Assembly: GCA_965243715.1 (NCBI GenBank)
Contig: CBDEVU010000018.1
Coordinates: forward strand, 18,473-82,472
DNA length: 64,000 nucleotides
Source: Candidatus Aldehydirespiratoraceae bacterium
GTDB taxonomy: Bacteria > Actinomycetota > Acidimicrobiia > Acidimicrobiales > Aldehydirespiratoraceae
Reading direction: 5' to 3'
The notes below the pieces were generated by a model. That model did no database searches and was not told the DNA's origin. It worked only from the letters and a program-made list of their open reading frames with translations. Positions 36,064 to 45,836 of this stretch are shown in pieces. The translations under genes were made by a program, and so were the position numbers. The number at the start of each line of letters is the position of its first letter. The stretch's first letter is position 1.

Positions 36064-38619
36064 ATGAGTCCCGCGATGAAAACCAGTGTTCCGGTCGTGG
36101 TCATCGGCGGGGGTGTGGTCGGCGCTTCGGTTCTGTACCACTTAACTAAAAAGGGTTGGACCGATGTCGTCCTTCTTGAACGAACCGAGTACACCGCCGG
36201 TTCCACTTGGCATTCCGCGGGCGGAATGCATACCCTTAACGGTGATCCGAATGTAGCAAAACTTCAGCAGTACACGATCGACCTGTACAAGGAGATCTTG
36301 GAAGAGTCTGGCCTTGACGCCTCGATGCATCTCACCGGCGGTGTGATGCTGGCCGACACCGCCGAGCGTATGGATTGGCTGAAAATGAGCCACGCTCGGG
36401 GGCGTTATCTCGGGATGGAAACAGAATTGCTCTCCGCCGCCGAGGCCAAGGAGTTGGTACCGATCATCGACGAGCAGTACTTCGTGGGAGCCATGTGGGA
36501 CGCCAACGAAGGTCACCTCGATCCCAGCCAGATCACCCACGCTTACCTCGAGTGCGCTCGCCTGCGAGGGGCTCAAACCCATCGCCACTCGTGGGTCCGT
36601 GACATCACCCGCGCGGCGGACGGCGGATGGAACCTCACCGTTTACGACACCAACTCCAATGAGGACCAAGCCCTTGTCCACTGCGAGCACGTGGTCAACG
36701 CAGGGGGCCTATGGGCTCGTGAAGTCGGCCGCATGGTTGGCCTCGAACTCCCGCTACTCGCCATGGAGCACATGTACCTGCTAACCGAGGAGATCCCCGA
36801 GGTGGCGGAACTCACCCGGCGAGAAGGCAAGGAACTCATGCACGTCATCGACTTCGGTGGTGAGATCTATATGCGCCAAGAAGGCAACGGCTTGCTTCTC
36901 GGGACCTATGAGCGGGGCGGTAAGCCGTGGTCACCCAAAGTGACCTCGTGGGAGTTCGGCGCCCGTCTGCTGACCCCCGACATCGAACGCATCGCCGAGT
37001 CCCTCGACATCGGCTTCAAGCACTTCCCCGTCTTTGCTGAAGCCGGTATCAAAAAGGTCATCAACGGTCCCTTCACGTTCGCTCCCGACGGCAATCCGCT
37101 GTTGGGTCCGGTGCGGGGCCTGCCCGGCTACTGGTCGGCTTGCGCGGTTATGGCGGGGATCTCGCAGGGAGGTGGCGTCGGCCTAAGCCTCGCCAACTGG
37201 ATCACCGAAGGCGATCCCGGTTTCGATATTTGGGGGATGGATATTGCCCGTTACGGCGATTACTCCACCATGGCCTACACGAACGAAAAGGTGCGCGAGA
37301 ACTACTCACGGCGTTTCCAGATCACCTTCCCGAATGAGTTCTTGCCCCAGGCTCGCAACGTTCAGACATCACCAATATTTGATCTCTTAACGGCCAAGAA
37401 TGCGGTTTTTGGAGCAAGTTTTGGCCTAGAAGCGGCGCTGTGGTTCCAAGCCGAAGGCGAAGAACCGGTAGAGGAGGTCACCTTCGGCCGATCGAATGGC
37501 TGGGACCAGGTCCGCGCCGAGACCCTAGCCGTTCGTTCGAGCGTCGGCCTGTGGGAGACTACGGGCTTTTCTAAGTTCCGGTTCTCCGGGCCTGGAGCCC
37601 GGGCCTATCTTGATCGACTGCTGGCCGGTCGAATCCCGAACCCCGGTCGCCTGGCGCTCACCCCCATGACCAACGAGCGGGGCAACCTTATTGGTGACCT
37701 CACCGTCGCCACTCTGCCGGGCGCGGAAGGCGAAGCCGAAGGACCAGAACGCACCATCACTGGCGGGGCGACCGGCAACACTAGGGCCACGGAGGAGTTC
37801 GTGCTTTTCGGTTCGGGGATCGCCGAGCGGTACTACGAGCGTTGGTTTGATCAGCACCTTCTCGATGACAACTCGGTGCGTTACGACACGCTTGGTTTCG
37901 AGATGTGCGGGTTGTCCATCGCCGGACCCAACAGTCGGGCGCTGCTCGAAAAGGTCACCGATGCTGATGTCAGCCAAAACGGTATGCGGTTCATGTCCTT
38001 CCAGGAGATCACGATCGGCCTAGCGCCGGTGTGGTGCGGGCGGGTGACGTTCACCGGCGATCTGGGTTATGAGTTCTGGATGCCGGCCCGCTATCAGCGC
38101 TACGTCTATCAGACCTTGCTCGATGCGGGAGAGGAGTTCGACCTCGCCGTGTTCGGGCTTCATGCCCTTAACTCGTTACGCTTGGAGAAGAGTTTTGGCT
38201 CGTGGGCTCGAGAGTACCGACCGATCTATGACCCGTTCGAGGCCAACCTCGGTCGCTTTGTTCAGCTAGGCAAGGACTTCATCGGCCGCGACGCCCTCGC
38301 GGCGAAGTACGCCGAGGACGGCCCAGGCGCCACCCACCAACTCATCACGCTCATCGTCGACAGCGAACCCGGGCGGGCCGGGGTCGACGTGATCGGCGAC
38401 GAACCAATCTGGCGCAACGACGAAGTCGTTGGCTGGGTAACGTCGGGCGGTTTCGCCCACCACAGCAACGTCTCGGTAGCCCTCGGCTACATAGCGACAA
38501 TCCTAGCCCCAGCGGCCCGGGAGGCAGCTTTTGCGGTGGAGGTCTTGGGGGAGCGTCGGGCGGCGACGCTGGTGGAGGACTGTATTTGGGATAACCACGG
38601 CGAACGCATGCGGAGCTAG
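36064..38619 (+). CDS. Dimethylglycine/sarcosine dehydrogenase-like enzyme: FAD oxidoreductase fused to a GcvT-type tetrahydrofolate-binding domain
   Basis: 851 aa. VVVIGGGVVGASVLYHL, AGSTWHSAGGMH (covalent-FAD His context), and a C-terminal aminomethyltransferase fold (GDLGYEFWMP...). Confidence 0.8.
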   Translation: MSPAMKTSVPVVVIGGGVVGASVLYHLTKKGWTDVVLLERTEYTAGSTWHSAGGMHTLNGDPNVAKLQQYTIDLYKEILEESGLDASMHLTGGVMLADTAERMDWLKMSHARGRYLGMETELLSAAEAKELVPIIDEQYFVGAMWDANEGHLDPSQITHAYLECARLRGAQTHRHSWVRDITRAADGGWNLTVYDTNSNEDQALVHCEHVVNAGGLWAREVGRMVGLELPLLAMEHMYLLTEEIPEVAELTRREGKELMHVIDFGGEIYMRQEGNGLLLGTYERGGKPWSPKVTSWEFGARLLTPDIERIAESLDIGFKHFPVFAEAGIKKVINGPFTFAPDGNPLLGPVRGLPGYWSACAVMAGISQGGGVGLSLANWITEGDPGFDIWGMDIARYGDYSTMAYTNEKVRENYSRRFQITFPNEFLPQARNVQTSPIFDLLTAKNAVFGASFGLEAALWFQAEGEEPVEEVTFGRSNGWDQVRAETLAVRSSVGLWETTGFSKFRFSGPGARAYLDRLLAGRIPNPGRLALTPMTNERGNLIGDLTVATLPGAEGEAEGPERTITGGATGNTRATEEFVLFGSGIAERYYERWFDQHLLDDNSVRYDTLGFEMCGLSIAGPNSRALLEKVTDADVSQNGMRFMSFQEITIGLAPVWCGRVTFTGDLGYEFWMPARYQRYVYQTLLDAGEEFDLAVFGLHALNSLRLEKSFGSWAREYRPIYDPFEANLGRFVQLGKDFIGRDALAAKYAEDGPGATHQLITLIVDSEPGRAGVDVIGDEPIWRNDEVVGWVTSGGFAHHSNVSVALGYIATILAPAAREAAFAVEVLGERRAATLVEDCIWDNHGERMRS

Positions 38620-38625
38620 ACGAAG

Positions 38626-39933
38626 ATGCCGAACCGAATCCGACGATCCGTTCAAGAGGCCCTCGACGGCACTCCCGAAGTAGCCCACGCAGCCGGGGCC
38701 GGACACCATCTAGCCATAGGACCGGGCGAAGCCCTCACCGCGGAGTGGATTGCGTCGGGGTTGGAGTTGCCCAACCTCCCCGCCATGCGTCAGTACCGCG
38801 TCGACCGCACCGTTGAGCAACTCGAGCGGTTGGATTACGGTGGCATCATCCTCTTTGACCCGCTCAATGTGCGCTACGTAACCGACTCCACCAACATGCA
38901 ACTCTGGGCCATGCACAACGGTGCTCGCTATGCGTTCGTGAGTGCGGATGGCCACGTTATTTTGTGGGAGTACGAGCACTGCGAGTTCCTGTCGGGCCAT
39001 AGCCATGTCATCAACGAGGTGCGAACCGCTATCGGGTCAACATTTTTTCTCGGCGGCAACCGGTACGCGGAGCAGGCCAAGCGGTGGGCTGACGAAATGA
39101 TCGCCGTCGTTACCGAGCATTGCGGGGCCGGTGCTCGAATCGCGGTGGACCAGTGCCACCTTATTGGGTATCACGCGCTCGAGGGTGCCGGTTTCACCCT
39201 TGGCGAAGGCGGCGAGGTTATGGAGTTGGCACGTCGACTCAAGTCCGTGGATGAGATCAAGGCTATGAAGTGCGTCGCTCATAGCTGTCAGGCGTCGATA
39301 TCTGAGATGCATGAAGAGCTTCGTCCGGGGATGACCGAGCGCGATGTTTGGGCCATCTTGCACGCTGGCAACATCAAGCGGGCGGGGGAATGGATTGAGA
39401 CCCAGATCCTGTCGAGCGGTCCTCGAACCAACCCTTGGATGCAGGAGGCCAGTGCGCGGGTTATCGAAAAAGGCGACATTGTGGCCTACGACACCGACCT
39501 AGTCGGGGCTTACGGAATGATGATCGACATGAGCCGCACTTGGGTAGTCGACGCCCAACCCACTCGCCATCAGCAGACCCTGTTTGACATGGCCAAGGAG
39601 ATGGTCGCCGGAAACGCCGAACTCCTCACCCCTGGGCGCACATTTCGCGAGCTCAGTTTTAACGCCTTTTTGCCCGACGTGGAGCAATACCGTCACTATT
39701 CGGTGCTGTACCACGGAGTCGGTCAGTGCGATGAGTACCCGACTATCTATATGCCCGAAGCCTGGGATGCTTGGGGTCACGACGGTGTGCTAGAAGCTGG
39801 GATGGTCCTTACCTCCGAGAGCTACATTGGTTCACGCAACGGTGGTGAAGGAGTGAAGCTAGAGGATCAGTATCTCATCACCGACGACGGACCAGAGTTG
39901 CTAAGCGATTACCCGGTGACGCTCAAGATCTGA
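38626..39933 (+). CDS. M24-family metallopeptidase-fold protein, DddP-like (DMSP lyase candidate) or creatinase-like
   Basis: Pita-bread metal ligands (DTDLVGAYGMMID, YHGVGQCDE, TSESYIG, KLEDQ). GEWIETQILSSGPRTNPWMQE resembles my recollection of DddP. Confidence 0.55.
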   Translation: MPNRIRRSVQEALDGTPEVAHAAGAGHHLAIGPGEALTAEWIASGLELPNLPAMRQYRVDRTVEQLERLDYGGIILFDPLNVRYVTDSTNMQLWAMHNGARYAFVSADGHVILWEYEHCEFLSGHSHVINEVRTAIGSTFFLGGNRYAEQAKRWADEMIAVVTEHCGAGARIAVDQCHLIGYHALEGAGFTLGEGGEVMELARRLKSVDEIKAMKCVAHSCQASISEMHEELRPGMTERDVWAILHAGNIKRAGEWIETQILSSGPRTNPWMQEASARVIEKGDIVAYDTDLVGAYGMMIDMSRTWVVDAQPTRHQQTLFDMAKEMVAGNAELLTPGRTFRELSFNAFLPDVEQYRHYSVLYHGVGQCDEYPTIYMPEAWDAWGHDGVLEAGMVLTSESYIGSRNGGEGVKLEDQYLITDDGPELLSDYPVTLKI

Positions 39934-40854
39934 TCAATCGATAAGGGTGTCGCTGCGCACCCGCACTCGTTCAGCTGCTTCGTGGGCGGGGAGAACGCGG
40001 CCAAAGAGTTGTCGGGTTCGCACCACGCGCCCGATAACTTCAGGCTCTTCGGTGTAGGCGAAGATCGCTGCGTGCCGGGGTTTGGATCCTTCCGGTACGC
40101 GGGTCACGGAGTGGAGCGAATGTCGACCCCGAAAGATCTGTAGGTCACCGGGGCGAAGGTTGAGCGTGTGAACTCCGTCGCGGTCGCCTTCCAGGATGGC
40201 CTGGATGCGGTCGAAACCTTCGTCTTCAACCGACCGGATGGCGGGGACGTACTCGAAGCGACCCCCCTCGTCAGCCTCGTCGATGAGGACAGTGACGGCG
40301 AACTCGTTGGTATCGAAGTGCCACGTGAACTGTTGGCCTGGATCTAAGATGTTGGCCGTTAGCCCGGCCAGCGGATCGGCGTAGCAATACAGGTTCGAGA
40401 TTTCGAGGCAGTCGGCCACGAAACGGGCCAGTTCGGGGGCTCGAAACAGGCGGTCGGTGGCGCAACCCGATTCCCATGAATCGCCGGGGATGAAGCCGCT
40501 TGATCGTTCGAGGAAGGTGTTGACGGGGTGCCGGGACGAGAAGTCCGGGTTGTGATCAGGGTGGAAGTAAGGGTTGATAACTTGGGTCGAGTAGTGGGTG
40601 GTGGGCTTGCGTTCGATGATCTCGTGGCTAAGCACGGCAATGGCGTCCGGTCGCAGTAGGTCCTGCACCACAGCACAGCCGAGGGATCGCAGGCCTTGAC
40701 GCGCTTCGTTGACGGTCCGCTGATAGCCCGCCGAATCCGGCTCGTGAATGGGGTACCGGGCTAGGTCGATTAGGTCGGCGATAGTTGGTTTGAGTACGTG
40801 GCGGCTCACGTCGAAGGGTTCCTCGCCTTCTTGAAAGGTGACAAATCTGACCAA
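39934..40854 (-). CDS. Fe(II)/2-oxoglutarate-dependent oxygenase-family protein
   Basis: HxD facial triad context WHFDTNE, distal His in GRHSLHSVTRV, about 300 aa. Confidence 0.5.
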   Translation of the reverse strand: MVRFVTFQEGEEPFDVSRHVLKPTIADLIDLARYPIHEPDSAGYQRTVNEARQGLRSLGCAVVQDLLRPDAIAVLSHEIIERKPTTHYSTQVINPYFHPDHNPDFSSRHPVNTFLERSSGFIPGDSWESGCATDRLFRAPELARFVADCLEISNLYCYADPLAGLTANILDPGQQFTWHFDTNEFAVTVLIDEADEGGRFEYVPAIRSVEDEGFDRIQAILEGDRDGVHTLNLRPGDLQIFRGRHSLHSVTRVPEGSKPRHAAIFAYTEEPEVIGRVVRTRQLFGRVLPAHEAAERVRVRSDTLID

Positions 40855-40896
40855 GATAGTTGCATTTAGCAGAATGGTTGATCTTATAATACTCCA

Positions 40897-41565
40897 ATGA
40901 GCACAACCGTTACCCCGAACACCGCTACTCCAACGGCGAGCTATCCCGTGATGCTCGACCTCAGGGGCCGTCGGTGTTTGGTTGTGGGCGGCGGGAAGGT
41001 GGCCATGCGTAAGATTGCGGGCCTGCTGACCGCCGGTGCCAGGGTGATCGTGGTGGCCCCGGAACTGGATCCCGCGCTCGTCGCCATTGCGGGTGCGCCG
41101 GTGGTACTAGCTCGCCGCCAATTTCGTTCCGGTGACCTCAACTCGGTCGACCTTGTCATCACCTGCACTAACGATCCGGCGGTGAACGCCCGCGTCGCCG
41201 CGGAGGCAACAGCCCAAGGAATCTGGGTCAATTCGGCCGACGATCCGGCCAACTGCACATTCACCTTGCCTTCCGTCGCTCGGCAAGGCGACCTGACGGT
41301 AGCAGTCTCGACTAACGGCAAGAGTCCGGCCCTTTCGGCCTGGTTGCGAAAGCGTTTTGAAGAGCAATTCGACGATAGTTGGAGCGACCTTCTTGAGGTG
41401 CTCGCCGCGGTACGCATCGAGGCGCGCCAAGTCTGGGGAACCAGCGAAGTCGCGGGCTGGGATGCGGCCTTTGACTCGGCGCTAGTCGACCTCGTGCGCA
41501 GTGGCCGCCGGGCCGATGCCGCCGATGTTGTTCGTTCGCATCTTGGCCTAGTAGGTGCCGCATGA
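40897..41565 (+). CDS. Precorrin-2 dehydrogenase / sirohydrochlorin ferrochelatase (CysG N-terminal / SirC-like)
   Basis: Rossmann motif RCLVVGGGKVAMRK. Size and position immediately upstream of cobA. Confidence 0.75.
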   Translation: MSTTVTPNTATPTASYPVMLDLRGRRCLVVGGGKVAMRKIAGLLTAGARVIVVAPELDPALVAIAGAPVVLARRQFRSGDLNSVDLVITCTNDPAVNARVAAEATAQGIWVNSADDPANCTFTLPSVARQGDLTVAVSTNGKSPALSAWLRKRFEEQFDDSWSDLLEVLAAVRIEARQVWGTSEVAGWDAAFDSALVDLVRSGRRADAADVVRSHLGLVGAA

Positions 41566-42320
41566 CCGTTTATCTAGTAGGTGCGGGCCCAGGGGCCGCT
41601 GACCTTTTAACCCTTCGTGCCGCTCGTCTCCTAGGCAAAGCCGATGTGGTCATCCACGACCGCCTAGTGGGCGAGGAGATTTTCGATTTCATTGCTCCGT
41701 GGGCCGAACGGATTGACGTGGGCAAGGATCCGCACGGTCGGGTCACGTCCCAAGACGAGATCAACCGTCTACTGGTGCGCGCCGGGAAGCGGGGCGGAAC
41801 CGTGGTACGGCTGAAGGGGGGCGATCCGTTTATCTTTGGCCGTGGGGGAGAGGAGGCTCTCGCCCTGCAAGCGGCCGGCCTCGATGTCGCTGTCGTTCCC
41901 GGTATCAGTAGTTCGGTGGCCGCACCGGCCATGGCGGGCGTTTCGGTAACTCAGCGGGGCCTATCGAGTGGCTTCACCGTACTCACCGGTCATCAGGATC
42001 CGAAAACGGCTCGACCCATCGACTGGGACGCCGCGGCCCGGTTGGGCACCACGCTGGTGGTCTTGATGGGAGCCCGACGGGCCGCCGAAATTTCTCTCCG
42101 ACTGCAGGAAGGGGGGATGGCACCGGAAACACCGGTGGCGGTCATAACCAACGCCACGACCCCCGATCAAACCGTCGCCTACCTTCCCTTGATCGCGCTC
42201 GGGGAGCGCCCCGTCGTGAACCCAGCTGTGATCGTAATCGGTGAGGTTGCGGGTAGCCCCGTGCTCGACCCTCAGGACCCGACACTTCGTCAAATCATCA
42301 GCGAACCACAGAGGACGTGA
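41562..42320 (+). CDS. cobA: Uroporphyrinogen-III C-methyltransferase
   Basis: VYLVGAGPGAADLLTLRA, VIHDRLV, LKGGDPFIFGRGGEE, VVPGISS. Confidence 0.9.
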   Translation: MTVYLVGAGPGAADLLTLRAARLLGKADVVIHDRLVGEEIFDFIAPWAERIDVGKDPHGRVTSQDEINRLLVRAGKRGGTVVRLKGGDPFIFGRGGEEALALQAAGLDVAVVPGISSSVAAPAMAGVSVTQRGLSSGFTVLTGHQDPKTARPIDWDAAARLGTTLVVLMGARRAAEISLRLQEGGMAPETPVAVITNATTPDQTVAYLPLIALGERPVVNPAVIVIGEVAGSPVLDPQDPTLRQIISEPQRT

Positions 42321-44122
42321 TCGTGACCATCACCGAAAACCCGATGCCATACTTGCTACCCGCGGTGACCGACCCGGAAATGCGGGCCGATATCGAGAAG
42401 TTCAAGGTCATGCTCGACCGCTACCTCGGCGGCGACCTGAGCGAGGACGAGTTTCGTGTCTTTAGGCTGACCAACGGGGTCTACGGGCAACGCCAAGGCG
42501 GGACGAACCAGATGATTCGGGTTCGTATGCCCTACGGTTCGATTACCCCAGACCAACTCGACATGCTGGCCCATATCGCGGAGCGATACTCACGGGGTTG
42601 GGGCCACATTACTACTCGTCAGAATCTGCAATTCCACTTTATTGAACTCACTAAACTCCCCGAAGTCATGACGCTAATGGGATCGGTGGGGTTGACTACC
42701 CGTGAGGCCTGCGGCGACACCATCCGCAACGTTCAGGGTTGTCACCTTGCGGGGGCCTGTCCGTTTGAGATCCTCGATATCTCGGCTTGGGCTCAGGCCG
42801 CCAACGATCATTTTCTGCGGAATCCATTAGGCCAGCGACTGCCTCGGAAGTTCAAGATCAACTTCTCGGGCTGCGAAACCGACTGCGGCCAGGCCATGTT
42901 CAATGACGCCGGGGTGATTCCGGCCACTCGGCTACGCAACGATGGCACTACCGAGGTTGGCTTCCGCGTGTACATCGCGGGAGGGTTGGGTACTACCCCG
43001 TTTGCGGCCCGGGCGATCGAAGAGTTCACGCCCAAGGAAAACCTCATTCCCACCATCGAGGCGATTGTTCGCACCTTCGAACAAACCGGGAAGCGCGATA
43101 ACAAACTTCGGGCTCGTATGAAGTGGGTTGTAGAGACGCTGGGGTTCGAAGAAACCCAACGACGGGTGCTCAAGAACCGCCAGTTCCTTTCGGCCTCCGC
43201 CACCTGGCCGGGGGGAATCCCGGCCGTTGTAAAGCGCCACGGTGATACTCCGGCCGGACTTGGCTTGGGGGCCGTCGCTACGCCGATAGGTCAAGGAGTG
43301 CGCGTGCAACTCGGCGGGCTTACGTTGTACCAGCGATGGGACCAGGCCAACGTGGTACGCGGGGTGGCCAACGGATCGGTGTCGGCCTACGCTTGGTGTG
43401 AGTTGGGTGATCTCACGGCCATGCAACTTCGCGGTGTGGCCGCAATCCAGCGGGACTTCGAGGTCGACGTGCGTGCCACGAACCGGCAGAACTTCATTCT
43501 ACGCGGCCTGGCAGAGGAACAACTACCAGACCTCTACGACCGCCTGGTGGAACTCTCGATGGCGACCCCTGGCGCTGAACTCATCCGCGACGTCGTGGCA
43601 TGCCCTGGTGCCGACACCTGCAACTTGGCCGTGACCCAGTCCCGCGGCTTGGCCAAAGCCATCGCCGACGCGCTAGAGCGCGAAGGCCTAGCCGAGGTGG
43701 GCGGGCTGAGGATCAACATTTCGGGGTGCCCGAACTCATGCGGTCATCATCACACCGCTGACATTGGCTTTCACGGAGTGGAGCGCAGAGTTCACGGCCG
43801 AGCCGCGCCCGGCTACCAGATGCTGCTCGGCGGTTACGTCGGCGAAGCCCAAGCACATTTCGGTGAGCGGGCGCTGCGGTTGCCAGCCAAGAACGCTCCC
43901 GAGGCGGTCGTGCGGGTGGTTCGGCGGTTTGTCGATGAGCGGCTGGCCGCGGAATCGTTTCGCGGCTGGATTGAGCGGGTTGGTGGGACGAAGGTGTTAG
44001 CGGCCGAACTCAAAGAACTCGACCACTTCCCCGAGCCGGCACAGAACCCTGACTTCTATATAGACTACGATGAGTTCGTTCCGTTCAGCGCGGAGATCGG
44101 CGAGTCGGAGTGTGCCACATGA
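42317..44122 (+). CDS. Ferredoxin-dependent sulfite (or nitrite) reductase, siroheme/4Fe-4S
   Basis: NIR_SIR repeats and Cys cluster motifs (ACPGADTCNLA ... SGCPNSCGHH). GTGA overlap with cobA. Confidence 0.85.
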   Translation: MIVTITENPMPYLLPAVTDPEMRADIEKFKVMLDRYLGGDLSEDEFRVFRLTNGVYGQRQGGTNQMIRVRMPYGSITPDQLDMLAHIAERYSRGWGHITTRQNLQFHFIELTKLPEVMTLMGSVGLTTREACGDTIRNVQGCHLAGACPFEILDISAWAQAANDHFLRNPLGQRLPRKFKINFSGCETDCGQAMFNDAGVIPATRLRNDGTTEVGFRVYIAGGLGTTPFAARAIEEFTPKENLIPTIEAIVRTFEQTGKRDNKLRARMKWVVETLGFEETQRRVLKNRQFLSASATWPGGIPAVVKRHGDTPAGLGLGAVATPIGQGVRVQLGGLTLYQRWDQANVVRGVANGSVSAYAWCELGDLTAMQLRGVAAIQRDFEVDVRATNRQNFILRGLAEEQLPDLYDRLVELSMATPGAELIRDVVACPGADTCNLAVTQSRGLAKAIADALEREGLAEVGGLRINISGCPNSCGHHHTADIGFHGVERRVHGRAAPGYQMLLGGYVGEAQAHFGERALRLPAKNAPEAVVRVVRRFVDERLAAESFRGWIERVGGTKVLAAELKELDHFPEPAQNPDFYIDYDEFVPFSAEIGESECAT

Positions 44123-44535
44123 GTACAGCGGGGCAAATACCCGAACTCGAACTGACCGAAGCTTGGGCGATTTTGCGTGACGATCCCCAGGCCGTTCTCA
44201 TTGACGTTCGTACGCCGGAGGAATGGAAGCTAGTTGGTGTGCCAGTTCTGGACAGCATCAACAAGTCGCCTCGTTTGGCGTACTGGACCGCCTACGGCAC
44301 TGGGGCGCCCAACCAAGCGTTCCTCAGTGAGGCCACCGGCGATCTGGACCCCGATACGCCCTTACTCTTCTTGTGCCGCTCCGGCGTGCGCTCGAAGGCC
44401 GCGGCGGGCTTGGTGGCTCTTCACGGGTTCACAACGACGTATAACATCACCGCTGGTTTCGAGGGTAATCTGGGGCCGAATGGGCAGCGCAAGACGGGCT
44501 GGCGTGACTGCGGCCTTCCGTGGCGGCATACCTGA
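44119..44535 (+). CDS. Rhodanese-domain sulfurtransferase
   Basis: Active-site loop CRSGVRS. ATG 44119 overlaps the reductase stop (ATGA). Confidence 0.8.
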   Translation: MSTAGQIPELELTEAWAILRDDPQAVLIDVRTPEEWKLVGVPVLDSINKSPRLAYWTAYGTGAPNQAFLSEATGDLDPDTPLLFLCRSGVRSKAAAGLVALHGFTTTYNITAGFEGNLGPNGQRKTGWRDCGLPWRHT

Positions 44536-44548
44536 TGAAGTTGGGCTG

Positions 44549-45727
44549 ATGAAGTCGGAGGAGTTCGGCGAGGCCACCCGCCTCGTGCGGGGAGGCCTCA
44601 ACCGTTCGGCGTTCGATGAGACCGCCGAGGCCATGTATCTCACGTCGGGTTTCGTCTACGCCAGCGCGGCGGAAGCTCAGGCGGCCTTTGCGGGCGATAT
44701 CGATCGTTACATCTATGGCCGCTACGGCAACCCAACCGTCACCGTCTTCGAGGAGCGGTTGCGGTTGATCGAAGGAGCCGAGGTTTGCCGAGCCACGGCG
44801 AGTGGTATGGCGGCCGTCTTTGCGTCGCTCGCCTGTTTTCTCAAGGCAGGCGACAAGCTAGTCGCGTCGCGGGCGCTCTTTGGTTCGTGCAGCGTGATCG
44901 TCACCGAGATACTGCCCCGCTATGGCATCGAGACGGTGCTGGTCGATGGCCGCGACCTAGATCAATGGCAGGCCGCGCTGGCCGGCGGAGCGCAGGCGGT
45001 GTTCTTGGAAACCCCATCGAACCCCGGATTAGAGATTATAGATCTGGACGCGGTATGCGATTTTGCTCACGCCGCCGGTGCGCTAGTCGTCGTCGACAAT
45101 GTTTTTGCTTCCCCCGTCCTCCAGCACCCGATGCGGTTCGGGGCCGACATCGTTGTCTACTCGGCCACCAAACACATCGATGGCCAAGGCCGCACCCTCG
45201 GCGGGGCGGTACTCTGCACGGAGGACTTCGACGGCGAGCACCTGCAGGATTTTATGCGTCACACCGGGCCCTCCCTCAGTCCGTTCAACGCGTGGGTGCT
45301 CACCAAAGGACTCGAAACGTTGCGACTGCGCGTCGATGCGCAGTCGCGCGCCGCGGCGACAATTGCGGCGGTGTTGTCGGCTCACCCGCGGGTACGAGAG
45401 TTGCGCTATCCCACGCTCGAGAGCCATCCCGACGTCGAACTTGCTCGTCGGCAGATGGAATCGGGTGGCACAGTGGTGTGTTTCACGTTGGAAGGCGAAG
45501 AAGCCGATGCCTTCCGGGTGGTCGATACCTTGTCCATCTTTGATATTTCGAACAATCTGGGCGACACCAAGAGCCTAGTCACCCATCCGGCGACCACGAC
45601 TCATCGTCGGATTAGTCCGGAGCTACGAGCCGAGATGGGCATCACCGACACCATGATCCGGCTCTCCATTGGACTCGAGGACCCCGAGGACCTCCTCGCC
45701 GACCTCGCGAAGGCCCTGAGCGCCTGA
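44549..45727 (+). CDS. metZ: O-succinylhomoserine sulfhydrylase-type PLP enzyme (Cys/Met metabolism family)
   Basis: VYSATKHIDGQG PLP-lysine motif, N-terminal TRLVRGG, about 392 aa. The longer ORF from 44234 overlaps the rhodanese gene. Confidence 0.75.
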   Translation: MKSEEFGEATRLVRGGLNRSAFDETAEAMYLTSGFVYASAAEAQAAFAGDIDRYIYGRYGNPTVTVFEERLRLIEGAEVCRATASGMAAVFASLACFLKAGDKLVASRALFGSCSVIVTEILPRYGIETVLVDGRDLDQWQAALAGGAQAVFLETPSNPGLEIIDLDAVCDFAHAAGALVVVDNVFASPVLQHPMRFGADIVVYSATKHIDGQGRTLGGAVLCTEDFDGEHLQDFMRHTGPSLSPFNAWVLTKGLETLRLRVDAQSRAAATIAAVLSAHPRVRELRYPTLESHPDVELARRQMESGGTVVCFTLEGEEADAFRVVDTLSIFDISNNLGDTKSLVTHPATTTHRRISPELRAEMGITDTMIRLSIGLEDPEDLLADLAKALSA

Positions 45728-45752
45728 ACGGCTGAACGGCATGTAACGGAGA

Positions 45753-45778
45753 AGGGATGGAGCCGAAGCCCCATCCCT
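45753..45778. terminator. GC-rich hairpin (AGGGATGG-N10-CCATCCCT) between convergent metZ and proX; candidate bidirectional terminator
   Basis: 8-bp perfect stem seen in the sequence, followed by CTCGTTGTTTGG. The U-tract is weak. Confidence 0.45.
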
Positions 45779-45836
45779 CACTCGTTGTTTGGATTGTTCG
45801 GTGAGCTACAAGGCTCTTCGAATCAGTTCCTTAGGA

